From positions 4,836,001-4,900,000 of the forward strand of contig JAYWIR010000008.1 of NCBI GenBank assembly GCA_036172245.1: a DNA stretch of 64,000 nucleotides. Reading direction: 5' to 3'. Source of the DNA: Raillietiella orientalis. Lineage: Eukaryota. The translations under genes were made by a program, and so were the position numbers. The notes under the pieces are model-generated. The model was not told the origin of the DNA. It saw only the letters and a list, made by a program, of their open reading frames with translations, and ran no database searches. This document shows positions 34,105 through 46,857 of the stretch, piece by piece (within the stretch, counting starts at the first letter, position 1; each line of letters opens with the position of its first letter).

Positions 34105-36289
34105 GAAAACTCGTGGCTTCCGGAAGACACTTCTTTTGGGATGTCTTCTCCGTGCTTAAAAGTCCTGACTGACTGACTTGCAGTGCGAAAATCGCTCAAA
34201 CCAACGAGCGCCGAGTTGTTTTTTCGCGCCTTTCTGCTGGTGGTCTTCGCCTGATGAATGCTCATTCCTAAGGGGGGAGTGCACCCCCTCTCCACCCCCA
34301 CCTCTCCATTTTCGCGCGTTCCTTGTCGTCCAAGACGAAGGGACGGGCGTGTCCGGCTGCCGTGTCCGACTCGATCCCTTTTCCTGAGAACGAAAGACGA
34401 AGTCGCCGGGAAGAGTAGACAGCAGACCAGAATCAGGGAGGCAGAGAGCGCAAATAAGAGGAGGAGGATCAGGCTTCGTGGCTGCGCTCGATCCGGCCGC
34501 ATCAGCGAGTATCGTTAGAGGGAAAGGGGGTGGAGGAAGTTTTCAGGGGCTGCGGTGTAGCCGAGTGTAGCCGGCGACGACGGATGAGGCCGGTGGAAGC
34601 GCAACTCCCTGAACCCTTTTTCTCTCACTCCTAAAGCCAAGCGTCAGCAAAGACGCCGGTAAAGTGTGCCCTTATACCTCCAGAGTCTACCCTGGTTGTC
34701 AGGGCATTGCGCGGGCACTTTCCTCTCGCTTTTGGAGAAAGCCAGAGGATGCTATGAAAAAGTCGCCCTCGAAAAGCCTCGGCAGGACCCCTCGCGGGCT
34801 AACCGTTACCCCTGAATCGCTTCCTTCGTGAGGATGCAGCCCACCTGTTTTCCGCGCGTCACCTCCCCGAAGGTCCGCCTTTACGAAGACACCGGCCATT
34901 GGGGACGCCACCACCCTCCACGCTTCTGAAGACGGCACATTTCCACGACGACATGCGGGTTCCGTGCCCGTCGGTGTCTTCCACTCTTCCGAGGCCTTCT
35001 CTCCGCGAAGGCTCCAGCCAGCTGATCGCCGTCTCACCGCCTTTCCCCTAGTAGATCTCCCGTCTCGAGGTCCTGAGGGCGATCGGCGTTTTGTCTGCTT
35101 TACCCCCTGCTCCCCAAGTGCCTCTCACCGCGAGGGCTCCAAGCTATTGGCTGCGACCACCCCAGTCGCCTCCAAAGACTTCCGGTTAGGAGTAATTCCG
35201 TTCCTCACTGTCGGCCTCTCGGTTCAAGAAGCTGTCGACTTCCGGATCCAGGTGGTGATGGACGTGGAAGTGCTGGTTGCCAAGGAGATCGACTAGTATT
35301 AGGATGAGCTGCTGCCCACTTCCAGACGCTTGAGGACATCATCGACATGCTCCGGACGCTGATCCACAGGAACTCCCTGACATGGCTGGACTCGAAGATC
35401 CGCACGGACGCCCACATGAGGAAATACCTGAGCATAAGCAGCCTGCGCTCCACCTTCTGGAAGATTGTAAACGTCTACGGGCGCACCAAGAAGGACGTCG
35501 CCGCTTTGCTGTGCGCCCGCAAGCGCCTCCTGTGCAGTCAGACCGACGGGCAGGCCAGATAGACGCGCTGCAAGGTCTGGGGATGGGATGTGCACAGCAT
35601 CACCCACGAGGACAACGTCTGCGTCTACACCGAGCTCTGCGAGAGTACTGGAGGCTGCTGGAGCTCCAACGCCTACTATCCGAGCGGTCGGCTGGAGTCT
35701 GATCCGTCAACGTCGCCGCGGGGATAACAGGAAGCATATCCTGACGGGTTTCCATCCCGACCCACCAAATCCCTCGAAGACGTCCTCCTCGAGCTGCGGG
35801 GAAGTGCCGAAAGCAAGCCGACGACTAGTCTGGCCAGTGCTACTCAGAATGATAACTCCATTCTCCTGTCTGGTCACGCTGGGTGTTGCGTTAGCTCTTC
35901 TTGGCTTCCAGACGTCCCAGAAGCTCACACGAAGCCACCAATCACTTTTCATGAATCTCTGTCCGCAGCAGTCGCTCTTCTTGGACAGCCGACGTCGCTC
36001 AACGGGGAAAAAATGAGCGAAAAAAACAGACGAGTGATTAACGACGTCGATTCCGATTGAGTCTGGAAGCTTTGACCGCTTCATTTCCTTCCAGTTTGAT
36101 GGCAAGCAGACGCCAACTCTGAATCCAAATAAAGGAAGGACCCTGGCTCTTCTCCGAGGAAATTTTCTCTCCCCGCTACTTGCAATGGAGGAATAGAGGG
36201 GAATGATGAAGGAGGCTGTTCGAGGAAGGATTGCTGCATCCAGTAGTCATCCTTTCAGACAGAGCTGAAGGATTTCCGAAGTCACAGCT

Positions 36290-36620
36290 GAGAAAATACT
36301 GCAGAATTTCCTGAGTACCTCATTCTGACTGTTGCTATGCAAAGCTGAGCGAGCACCAGAGAAAGCGAAACTCTTGGTGCTGTGCCTCTCTCTGATTTGG
36401 TGTGCAGAACCGCCTGGGGTGGCAGCTGCTCTCCGTCAATCTGTGGTTTCGGTCCTGCAGCTCTCTTGCTCGACTGCTCGCCTTCCAAAAATTTGCATAA
36501 AAAGGGGGGTGGATTTAAGTTTGGAGAGCAAGAGGACTGGTCTGGATGGTTGATGAGAAGAATGTGATCTGCATCAGCTTGCATGAATTGTGAAACCGCA
36601 ACCTTCGAAGCTTTTCCCAG
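36290..36620 (-). pseudogene. Tc1/mariner-superfamily transposase 3' fragment
   Basis: ORF 36282..36584 contains SCSPNLNPPPFLCKFLE, resembling SPDLNPxDxxLWxxL. Confidence 0.45.
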
Positions 36621-36934
36621 GGGCGAAGAAAAAAAAAACGAAATAAAGACTTCATTAGCACGAATAGTCAGGCCTGAATGTCTCCCTTTGAATTTTCATC
36701 TTCGCTAGTTCAAAACTAGAGCAAGCGTCTGAGCAGGGCGTCATGACGACCGCTTCCGTCTTCCGTACGCAAGTTCGGACAAGTGTTGCCACAGCATCCA
36801 ATCACAGCATGACCGTCGCGTATTTGCAATTCACCCTCCCGATTCTTAGTGACAGTGACCCCGTCTTGTCTTCCCGAGCCTGTTTTCCGGTTCAGAATCG
36901 GAAACGGACGAAAACCGGTTCAAGAGCTCTTCCC

Positions 36935-37672
36935 TTTTTTTCCTTTTTGGTTGTCAAGGAGCGCTGAAGAACCGTTCGCCTCTCGGGGGAGGGAGGACTC
37001 ACGAAGCTCTTTGCCGCTGTCCGCGCCACCTGAGGATGCGTGCAACTCTTCAAGTTAGGGAGTATTCCGGGAGGGGGCCACCCTATGAATCCAGAAAGGC
37101 CTCGAGGGTGGAGTCTCCTGGTTGTCTCTGAAGGAAACTCTGATGGGAACCAACTCTTCCTTATTCCCTCTGGAGGGACCTTCGGAGGAGGGAGGAACTC
37201 CTTGTTTCTTCTCTGGAGGGATCTTTTGGAAAGGATTCTCTCCTTGTTTTCTCCTTCTCTGAAGAGAACCCTCCCAATTTCTCTGAAAGGCATTCCCAGA
37301 AGAGATTCGCGCGCTTCTTCACAATCTGAAGAGGCAACCCCCGAGGACAATCCAACCAGCTCCATGGCACGAGATGGAGGGTCCATTCGCACATTTTCAC
37401 AACTAGAGAGGGACCCCGGAGGAAAGCGGTGCTCCTTGATTCCTGTAAGGCACCTCGAAGGGTCCACTCCGGGCCAGTCGACGGGGCACCCGGCTTCCAC
37501 CAGTGCCCGCACTCGAATTGACCAACCAGAGTCATCTTCCTGATAGGGGGGACTCGAAACCCACGACGCACCGCCCATTTTTCTGGAGTCGATCCTTCCC
37601 CGGGCGGGATTCGAACTCACGACGCCTCAAGCCGCGCGAGGAAATCGCAGCCGCTCGGCCGCCAGCGCGGGC
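36935..37672 (-). mobile_element. tRNA-derived SINE-like element, copy A
   Basis: Minus strand GGCCGAGCGG (A-box-like), GTTCGAATCC (B box, 37616-37607) and a second GGTTTCGAGTCC. Body and 3' end (CTTGAAGAGTTGCAC...AAAGAGCTT...AGCGCTCCTT + A-rich tail) are shared with other copies. Confidence 0.75.
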
Positions 37673-38519
37673 CGCACTTCGGGCACGGAGTCGTAGCAAT
37701 TGAACGGCATCTATAGAAGGAAGCCGACGCGACCTTCCACGAGGAAGGAACGGCACGGAAGCGATTGGTGAACCCCGCCGGCCGGCGCCGGAAACCGAAA
37801 GCGAAAACTCTGCAAGACGCGGAGCCGTTCTTTGTCTGCCACTGCTGTTTCTGTTGCTCGCGATGGCGAAGCTTCCAGCAGGCGAGGAGCGCGCGAGAGC
37901 GCCAGTCTTGGCGAAGGAGGGCGCGTAAGATTTATACAGATGGAAACACCGGGAACTGGAGTGCACGTGGACAGAAACTTACAACGACAGAAAAGGTCCG
38001 ACCACCTACCACCCCCCCGCGGCGAGAGCAGACGGACAGCTTTATCAACAATCCGAAAATTATTGGAGAGCACCGGCCGAGATCGCCCCGAAACGGACGC
38101 GGGGCTGCAGGAGAGACTCTGCAGCGTCCAGCCCTCAAGGATCGGATATTGAGATGACCGGCGGCTTCCCTTTCCCCCGTCGCCTAGTCCCATTCAGGAA
38201 GATCTGAAAGCGAAGAACAAGGAGCCAGGTGCTCTCCCTCGGAGAGTCCCATACAGAGAGGAACCGAGAAAGGGTTGACCTTGGAATTTTCACGACGTTG
38301 CGGCACGGAAAAGCACGCAGGAGAGAGGGCGGGAGAGAAAGGAGGAAAGAAGAAGAAAGAAGAAACTTCTCGAGGCCATCCGACTGACCATCCTCAGCAT
38401 TCTGAGCTGGAGGCGCCGGTGCTCATGACCACACGCAGAAGCACGGGAGGTGGGGTGCAGGGGTGCGCGTCTTAGAGCGCAGTGGGAGAGGTGGGTGGCT
38501 CTGGGGCGCATGTGGCAGC

Positions 38520-39010
38520 TCTGCTGCTCCGAGAAAGGGCGGAACAGGACCATCTCCGGAGGACCTCCTCCACCCCCTTCTGCTCCATCCCTGCTTGAGA
38601 AGCCAGCAGGTGCGATGGGCCTTCCCGAAGAGGCAAAAGGTCTGCGCTAGCGGTCATCACTCCGAACGCTGGACCTGCGCCGCACCCGTCGCGAGTGCGC
38701 TCGAACTGACCCCCAAGGATACGCGTCCGATCCCTTGGAGACGGCGAAGTTCCATACGGAACGTCCGGCGCGGGTTCCTCCGAGAGACGAGCCGGGCGCG
38801 GTGCCACTCCCTGGACAACTTCTCGGAGACCGTTGCCGGACACCACTCGTCGCGAAGCACCCCGGACCGGAGGCGAGTTCCTCTCTGCCAAGCCCGAGAC
38901 GTTCTCTCCCTCGGGCAGGCGGACGTGGAGCATGAGTGCGCGCGCGCGCTCCCTTGAAAGCTCGTGTGCGTTGTGCAAGCAGCGCATGCGCGCACGTGGA
39001 TTTCCGCAAA
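38520..39010 (-). pseudogene. Possible pogo/Tigger-like transposase remnant, copy 1
   Basis: RERARALML (~KERxTV), EWCP...LSREW (~WMxxxxFxEW), TASADLLPLREG (~TSxLQPLDQG); DNA similarity to 42625-42733. Confidence 0.35.
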
Positions 39011-39472
39011 AGGAAGGCCGAGCACCGCGCGCTTCACGTGATAATCGCTGCAGCATGCGAGTTGGACGAGACGCAGCTTTCACGGGTCCACGCCCCCTCT
39101 TTTTTTTTTTTTTTTTTTTTCCCTGTTCGGTCAGGCGGGGCGTGGAATCTATTCGGGTCTCTCTCCCCACGAAGACCTGCTGCGAGGGCGCAACGTCCGC
39201 GGCTCCAGGCAGTACAACGGAGCCGCCGCCTCGTGGGTGCTGACAGGCAGGCAAGGAGGTTGCTTAGGGAAGAAGGGTGGCTACTAGGGTGGACGGTGGG
39301 TGGCTACTAGGGTGCGTTCGCTGGACTCGCGCGCCGGCGCTTCTGCTGCCGCACGGCAGCCTCCTGTCCTCTCTTCCCTCCTCCCTTCCCTCGCGCTCTG
39401 GAGCCGTAGCATCGAGAGGGGCTTTCCGATGGGGGCTGCCTCGCATCCTTCCCTTCATGGGGAACCGCGATG

Positions 39473-40308
39473 CGCAAAGTGCTGAAAAACCGTTTGTCTG
39501 GAGCCTCACCAAGCTCTTTGGTGCTGTCATCGCCACCCAAGGGTGTGTGCAACTCTTCAAGTTAGGGGAAGCAACCCCGGAGGGACCACCCCATAAATCC
39601 AGGAAGGCTCCAAAGGAAGAAGCCCGTTTCTCTTACGTTTGGCATGCAACCCCGAAGGGAGCCCATCCTCGCCCTGCTTGTCTCCTAAGGGAGCCTCTTC
39701 CTTATTCTCTCCGGAATGACCCCCCGGAGGGGGAAAAACTCTTCGTTTCTTCCCCGAAGGGAACCAGGAATGGATCTGCTCCTGAAATTTCTTCCGTGAG
39801 CAGATCCATTCCAGGTTTCCAGATCCATTCCATTTCCAAGAGGAGGAAACTGGGAAGGGTTCCTTTCCCAGTTTCCTCCCCCTCTGAAGAGAACCCTGAA
39901 AGAAATGCTTCCCTGTTTCTCTGAAGGGCGCTCCCCGAAGGGAACGCCGCGCTTCTTGTGCACTCTAGAGGGGTATCGATCCATCAGCTCCATGGTGAGC
40001 GAAGGAGGGTCGTCCCCCGAGGATAAAGACGGCTCCGATTTCCCAACCGGAGGGGAACCCGGAAAGCTCCTTGATGTCTTGGAAGAACCTCGGAGAGTCA
40101 ACTTCCAATCCCAGCCAGTCGACGGAGGCATCCGGTTTCTACTAGTGCAGCACCCGAAGCCCGTGGGCCAACCAGCGTCATCCTACGGGGGGACTTGAAA
40201 CCCATGACTCACTCATTCTCGGCGTCGACATTTCCCCGGGTGGGATTCGAACCCTCAACGCTTAGCGCCATGCACGGAGGCCGCAGCCACGAGGCTGCCA
40301 ACGCGGAC
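39473..40308 (-). mobile_element. tRNA-derived SINE-like element, copy B
   Basis: GGTTCGAATCC at 40253-40243, a second degenerate B box at ~40203-40190, and the shared body and 3' segment (GCAACTCTTCAAGTTAGGG on +). Confidence 0.75.
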
Positions 40309-42379
40309 CAGAGTTGCAGGCAGCGTGCGCTGAGAGTAAGGAGCAGACGCGCATCCCTCCTTACTCAGTGGAGCAACGGCCGTCATGACCCACGACACCC
40401 ACGGCCCGCAGAGGCGGCCGGGGCTGCCGCGCGACCGGAAGATGAGCACGCGTCACTTTCTACCACTTGGGAAAGCCTGAAGTGTCTTGAGCGCCAAGTA
40501 CCAACTCCGCGACTGTCGGGGCTCTCGGCACCGTCTTGCACAATGCCCACAGCATTCTGCGGAGGTGGATCCGCTTCTGGAGGATCTGTGAGGCAATGTC
40601 TCTCTCTGCCTTCCTCCCCTCTCCTCTCTCTTTCTCTCTCGGGCCGGGCCGTCTGCGGTCGGATGACGCGCCTGACCACCTGCGGAGCGGCTGCGACTGC
40701 CTCCCCCCTCCCGCTTACCGTCCCTTCCCCCTCCCCGGCAGCATTTCGCGAGGGGGATCCAAAAGGGAGGAGCGCCGGAAAGTGGATCCGAGACGCGGCG
40801 AGCGAGCCGACAGCGACTCGGTCAGCTCGTGCACGCTCCGAGAGAACGTTCCGGAAAATCCAAGCAGTCAGGAAAAGACATCCAAGAAGAGGGAGGAGAA
40901 GGAGGAGGAGAAAGAAAAGAAGAAGAAAAGAAGAAGGAAGGAAGAGGGGGGAGCAAAAAAAAAGACAAGATGGCGGAGATCGGACATTGAAGGAGAGTTT
41001 CCCAATCGGGTTGCATCAGGAATCTTTCATTGTTTTCTGTCCTCCCGTTCTTTCCTCATCAGTTTCCAAATCCTCCTCGGAATGGAAAGCGCGCTCCAAG
41101 AGCCAAGAACCCTGAGGGAGGGAGGGGGAGTCCTTCTTTCTCTTTTGCAAGCACCCGGCTGCTCTTGCAGGGGAAGCGCGCCGAGTCTCGTGGAGTCCTT
41201 CCTCGGAAGGAGAGGGGCAGGACCGGGAAAACACCTGTCCTCTGGATGAAACGAGGCGAAGAAAAAAAAAGTTCTCCCTTCCCCTGCCCCCCCTCCCTTC
41301 GAAAAAAAAGAGAGGGAAGGGGAACCGGAAGGAGGGAAGAAATGGGTGAAGGAGGAGGAGCGAATTTTCCGGAAAGCGTGCCCCGTAGCCCCCTTCGTGA
41401 GAGGCTCGTCGCGCCCGGCTTCCGCGCGCGGGAAGCAACGCCGCCGCAGAACCACGTGCGCGCGGTGTACCTGCCCCGGACGGGCAGGAGAAGAGGGAAC
41501 GAGAGGGGCCGTAAAGTTCCAGCGGGACGCCTCTCTCCTCCGGCGCCATCATTATTCTTCTTTTTTATAGAGCTGAGCCTCCTCTCGTTAAGTGGCTCCC
41601 GCAGCCCCCTCAAGGCCGACTAATGAAGCAGGGAAGGAACAGCGAGGTAACTTCTCGAAGGAAGTGAAGTCCTTCCGTCCGCGGACGCACCCGCGCGCGG
41701 AGACGCCCCCCTCCCCCTCCACGCGGGATGGCTTCTCGAGGAATTCCGACCGTCGAGCATCCTGGAATGGACTTCCCGTGGCCCTGGCAATGCTCATCTC
41801 CAAATATCGCGCTGAGTGGTCCCTCTAGGGAGGGAGCATTTTCGATGTGACCTTGGATCCCCCTTTCCGGCTTCGCCGGGAAAAAGAAGAGGACGTAGCG
41901 AGGTGCTCCCGGACGGTAAGATAGAGGTCATCCCGGTCCAGCAGCAAGAACTGCGCCGCCCGGGAGCAGCCGAAAGGACCCACGGGTTCCACCCCCAGGA
42001 GACCCCGCAAGCTTTGGAGGTGAGCACACTCCGCACCATACGTCGCGCCATCCCGCTCAGGAGGATCGGCGAAGATCCGCAGCTGCTGCGGATCGCGGGC
42101 AGGCACAGAACCAAGACCCCCCTCCCGTTTCCGTCCTGTGCGTCCCCGGTCACTTGTTCGCCGAAGCAAATGACCCGCTTCTTCTGGAGAAGGGGAAGGT
42201 CAGCGTTCTTCCGCGGAGAGTGGACCGGCGAAGAAACGGGAGACATGGACGGTCCTTTCCTCCTGGTGGTCAAGAGCTGCCGAGGAGAGCATGTTGGGAA
42301 GCGGCGCCGCCGGCGGTCAGCAGCGAAGTTTCCTCCAGCCGAGTTTCCTTCCAAGCAGCCCTTTGGGCGCAACCCCGAA

Positions 42380-43320
42380 CGTCCCTCGCGCCTCTCGAGG
42401 GAACGGGAATGCGTCCTCTGCAACCCTTCCTCTCCCTCCCTCTCTCTCCTGGCTACTGCTACCTTCGCCGCCGTAGGTCGACAGAAGAGGAGGAGAACAA
42501 GGAGAGAAGTCCTGAAGGGCATTCTCCCGGGGGACTCCAGAAACCCTGGAGACGGCGCCTCGCCCTGTCTTTCTGGATTCCTGCGGAGGAGGCATTCCCT
42601 CGCTTGATCTCCGGGATGCTGGAAGAAGTTCAATAGGGAACGTCAGGAATGGGTTCTTCCGAGGGATGAGTCGGGCTTAGTGCCACTCCCTGAACAGCTT
42701 CTCGGCGGCCTCTGCTAGGCACCACCCGTCGCGGGAGGCCTCAGGAGACGGCGTTACGCAGCAGCAGCGGCACGTTTGGAGAAGAGTCCCTCTGCTGACT
42801 CCGAAACCATTTGGAAGGCCCGCAGGGTCAGTCGAAAAGGCCCACAAGTTCCAGAATCGCGCTGGGCAGCGGCGGAGGAGGAGGAAGGGAGAGGATCCAA
42901 ACCTCCCCCAGTCCTCTTCTCTTCGGGTAGGAGCTCGAAAGGGAACCGTTCCTTTCTGCGCTGACCTCCAGGAGCGATCTTTCGCGACCCTTGCGGAGAG
43001 AGGGTCAGGAAGCATCGTCACTGTTGGACCCGCCTCTGGAGAAAGATGAAATTCGCTGCACCTCCGAATGAAGGATGCACGACCCTGTGGTCCAGACGCA
43101 GCTCTCCTTCCTCTCTCAACAGAGGTGTTGATGAGGCAAAGTTATCGTCAAAGGAGGACGGCGACTGCGAATGGCTTCGTCGATGTGTCGGAGGGAACAA
43201 GAAGCGAGGTGACCGTCAGAAAGTGAGCAGACGCTCCGGCAGGGATGCGCTGGCATCTGTTCCGAGACGCTCGAGAAGGACGGAACGAGCTGTTACAAAT
43301 CCGAGATCCAAGAAGAGAAA
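42380..43320 (-). pseudogene. Possible pogo/Tigger-like transposase remnant, copy 2
   Basis: RASRNRCQRI (~ASxGWLxRF), GWCL...LFREW, LLFCRPTAA (~FLPPNTT); DNA similarity to 38746-38853. Confidence 0.35.
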
Positions 43321-46049
43321 CATGCGCTCGACAGGAATGCCAACTCACCGCAGACCTTCACGGGCATTCTCCTTGGTGGATCAGCCAGCCCCGCGGTGAG
43401 AGCACCGGGAAGAGACTGAAGCGTTCCCGAGATTATCCTCGAAGGAGTCACCCTTCAAGGCGGGTGGAGACGCCGCGCTCGTCCGCGGCAGCACGGGAGA
43501 GCAGCAGATGAGCTTCGAAGAGGCAGGCGAGATCCCGGGCTCAGAGCGCCTCTTCCGTCTGCGTGAGGATCGCAAACTCCGCTGGAGACGAGTGGGGGAG
43601 GGAGTAGCGATTGCAATCTGTCCCACCTTCACAGCTGCGACTTTGAACGGAGGACCTTCCAGGTGTTACGAGGCACGCGGATGACGTTCGGGACGCTGCG
43701 GAGGACCCTGTGACCGGGACCACATCGAATTACCAGGTTCCGCGGCTCGCCGGGCGTGAGTTCCTTCTGGAGGTTTGAGTCGCGCGCACGGCGAGGAAAC
43801 GTCGAGTCACTTGGGATGGTGGGGGCCCTCGAGAGAAGGAACCAGTGGCCTTCCCTTCACCTCCTCTCCTCCCTTTTCCTCACTCACTCCCTCATTTCGA
43901 ATAGCCTTCTTCTTGCTTCTGACACGGCTCGGCTTCGCGAATAGCCCCATCTGCCCCCACTCGGTCCGTGCTTGGTGTTCGCTAAGCGACACGGCACGAG
44001 GACCTACTGGGATGCAGCAGCAGCGTCCGGATGCTAGGACATCCGCAACAGCTCCGCAGAGAGGACCGTTCGGCCCTTGCGAGGTCGGAATAAGAGCAAA
44101 GACCGGACAAAGGAGCGGCTCGCCTGCGTCAACCTCTTCTGCCTGAATCGAGGCAAAGAAAAAACCCGGGGTCTTCCTGTAGACTTGATAAACTTTCTGC
44201 GCGGCTGATGGTGCTGCCGCGAGGATCCTGCGTCCTTTCTTCCCTCCGCGCCAGCGGCATCAAGCGCCCTGAGGACAGTTCCATCCGCGTGCACTTCCGG
44301 CTGTGCCCCTATCCGGAAGAGATGCCCTCTTCCCCTCTGTACCTGAAATGCTCTAAACGCTTACGGAGAATCCCTTGCATTACTCGCCGCCGGCATCCTC
44401 CCAGCTCCCAAAATTGCAGGCTCATACCGGCGCTTCCGTGTTGCATGAAGACCATTCTGTATAGGTCAGGGAGCTCCTTCCTTCCCTTTACTCAGATTCC
44501 TCCTAGGACTCTGACTCCAGCCTCCAAGCCATCATCTTTCTGGTTTTATACCTTCCTGGCTCTCTGCGTCTCTCCTGAGAAAAATCGCTGCAGGGAAGTC
44601 CTCGAGGGAGCTGCGCTAAAAGACCGATGTCCTCTCGAGCTTTGGCAGGACGAGGGAGTGCCGCCCTCTCACCGACGACCTCACAGGAAGGGCCGCAGCT
44701 GTCCCCAGCAGCAGCACTGCTATTGTCTTCATCCACATCTTCTGGTCCTCTCATACCTCATCACTTGCTTCCTTCCTCCCGGAAGAGCGACATCACCCCG
44801 AACGTGTTTGCTTCCTTCTCTTGCCCTAAGAAGAAATCGGCCTCGGGGATCTCCAAGCTTTCGGGAAGCGGAGGGATGGGAGATCGGGACCGCCAAAACG
44901 TGCGCCCACGAAAGGGCTCCCGTGCAACAGGTACAGTACTGATGACTGATACTCGCGCGCCTCACGGATCACGGGAAAGCAACGAAGGCGGCGAAGACAA
45001 CACTCGCTGCTTCGCGGCCTCAGGCAAGGACGACGGGACGAGCACTCGCCTCGAACAAATCTAGAGAAACGACAGCAACCCGCTGGTGACCCTGGCAACG
45101 ATGCTTACTGATTCTCCCGTCCTCCTCTTCGGCGCAGTAGGCATTGGAAGGGAAGAATGGATTTTTCCTGCGATGGATCTCTTCCTTCTTCTTCCTCCTT
45201 CCTTCTTTCCTCTCTTCCTTTTCCTCTCCACCTCCTCCCTCCTCTTCCCTTTCTATCCTCTTCGTCATCCTTTACCCCTTTCCTCCTACTCCCTTCCTAG
45301 CGCCTCCGCAAGCAAAGGAAGCGCGTGAGAGGGGGAGAACATCACCCATCCTCGTTCAGGGAGCGGTGGCATCTCGGAGCGGAGGCTGGAAGAGTAAGTT
45401 CGGTGATTCTCTGGAGCTTCCAGGGAGCTCTTCATTCAGCTTCCAAAGAGGCAGGAAGACTCCAGCCAGATAACAGGGCATAGAAGCTGAGGGAAGTCGG
45501 GAGCGGAGGCTGCTTCCTACATCTTCCTCTTCTTTCCACTTCCTCTAGATCGTGAGAAACGGATCAGAACTGCATCTCTCCTGGTAGACAAATCTCTTCT
45601 TCTTCTTCCCTGAAGGCCTTACGGTTGTCTCAGCGAGTGCAGCCTGCTCAAGGGGGACGCTCGGGGAAGCAGACACCCTTCTTCCTCCTTTTCTTTTCCA
45701 AGACACTAGTGTGCCCCCTTCTTCACCACAGAGGGGTCTTCGTTCCCGGTGACCGATGCGCTTTGCCTAAGAGAGGGCGGTCCAGACCTGCTGACGTCAG
45801 CACGGTCTGCTCCAGTTTCCGCCCGGGGATGGCGGTGGCGAAAGAAGACTTTGCGAAACCCCACAACGAGAGAGTTCCCGAGCTCTCCGATCCTTTCTCC
45901 ATCGCCCCGCGCACCGCGCGTGCTGAAGTGGACGTCTTCGCATGTCACGGCGCGGAGCACCTCGCGGTCCATGTTCTGACGGGCAGCACATCAACACTAG
46001 GAAGAAGGAGGTGGATTAAGCGTGGAGCCCGCGTCGGAGGTGGATCCCG

Positions 46050-46857
46050 GCCCGCTTCGGAGGCCTTGTGGTTAAGGCTTCCGCGTGTGGCACCATGCGT
46101 CGCGGGTTCGAATACTTCGGCAGAAACTCTGACGCCACTGCGTTGTTGAGTTCCGAGTTTCTCCTGCAATGGCGCTGGTTGGCCGAGACATTCGGGCGTG
46201 GCACCGGAGGTGGATTAAGCCGGAGACCTCCGATGAAGGCCGGAACAATGGGAGTCGACCTTTGGGTCCTCCCAGGAATCAAGGAGTGGGGAGTCCCCCC
46301 CTCCTGTCCTGCAACGGAGAGCGGTTCCCCCCCACCGGGGGGCCCTCCGAGTCGTCGCCTCTTCACAGAGTGCACAAGGAAGCGAGAGCGATTTCCTGCG
46401 GGAAGCTGCAGCGCCCCTTCTGAGTTTCGGAAGCGTCCCTTCGGGGTTCTCTTCAGAGGAGTGAATAAAGGAGCGGTTCCCTTGCGGGTTCCCTCAGGAG
46501 AAGAAATTCCTACAAGCGGATCCTTTCCGGGTTCCCTTCGGAGAAGTTGAAATGAAGTTGAAATGGAGAGGACAGCCCCTCCCCATTGGTGGGGGGGTGT
46601 CCCTCCGGAGAGAATGAGGAAGGAGATTCCCTTCGGGGTTCCCCTTCGGAGACAACCAGAGTGGGAGGTGCGATCCCCCCCGTCCGGGGGAATCCCTCCC
46701 CAAGCGTGAGAGGAACGGACTCCGAGCCCTTCCTGGATTCATAGGGCGGACCCCCATCCCGGGGTGCCCCCTATCCTGAAGAATTACACGTCCCCCTGCG
46801 GGTTGCCGCGGGCGGAGGGGCGTGGAAACAAAATAGTGTTTAATGTTTAAAAAAAAA
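46050..46857 (+). mobile_element. tRNA-derived SINE-like element, copy C
   Basis: GTGGTTAAGGC...GGCACCA...GGTTCGAATAC (46105-46115), GCTGGTTGGCC, CCCTTCGGGG repeat body and an A-run at 46849-46857. Confidence 0.7.
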
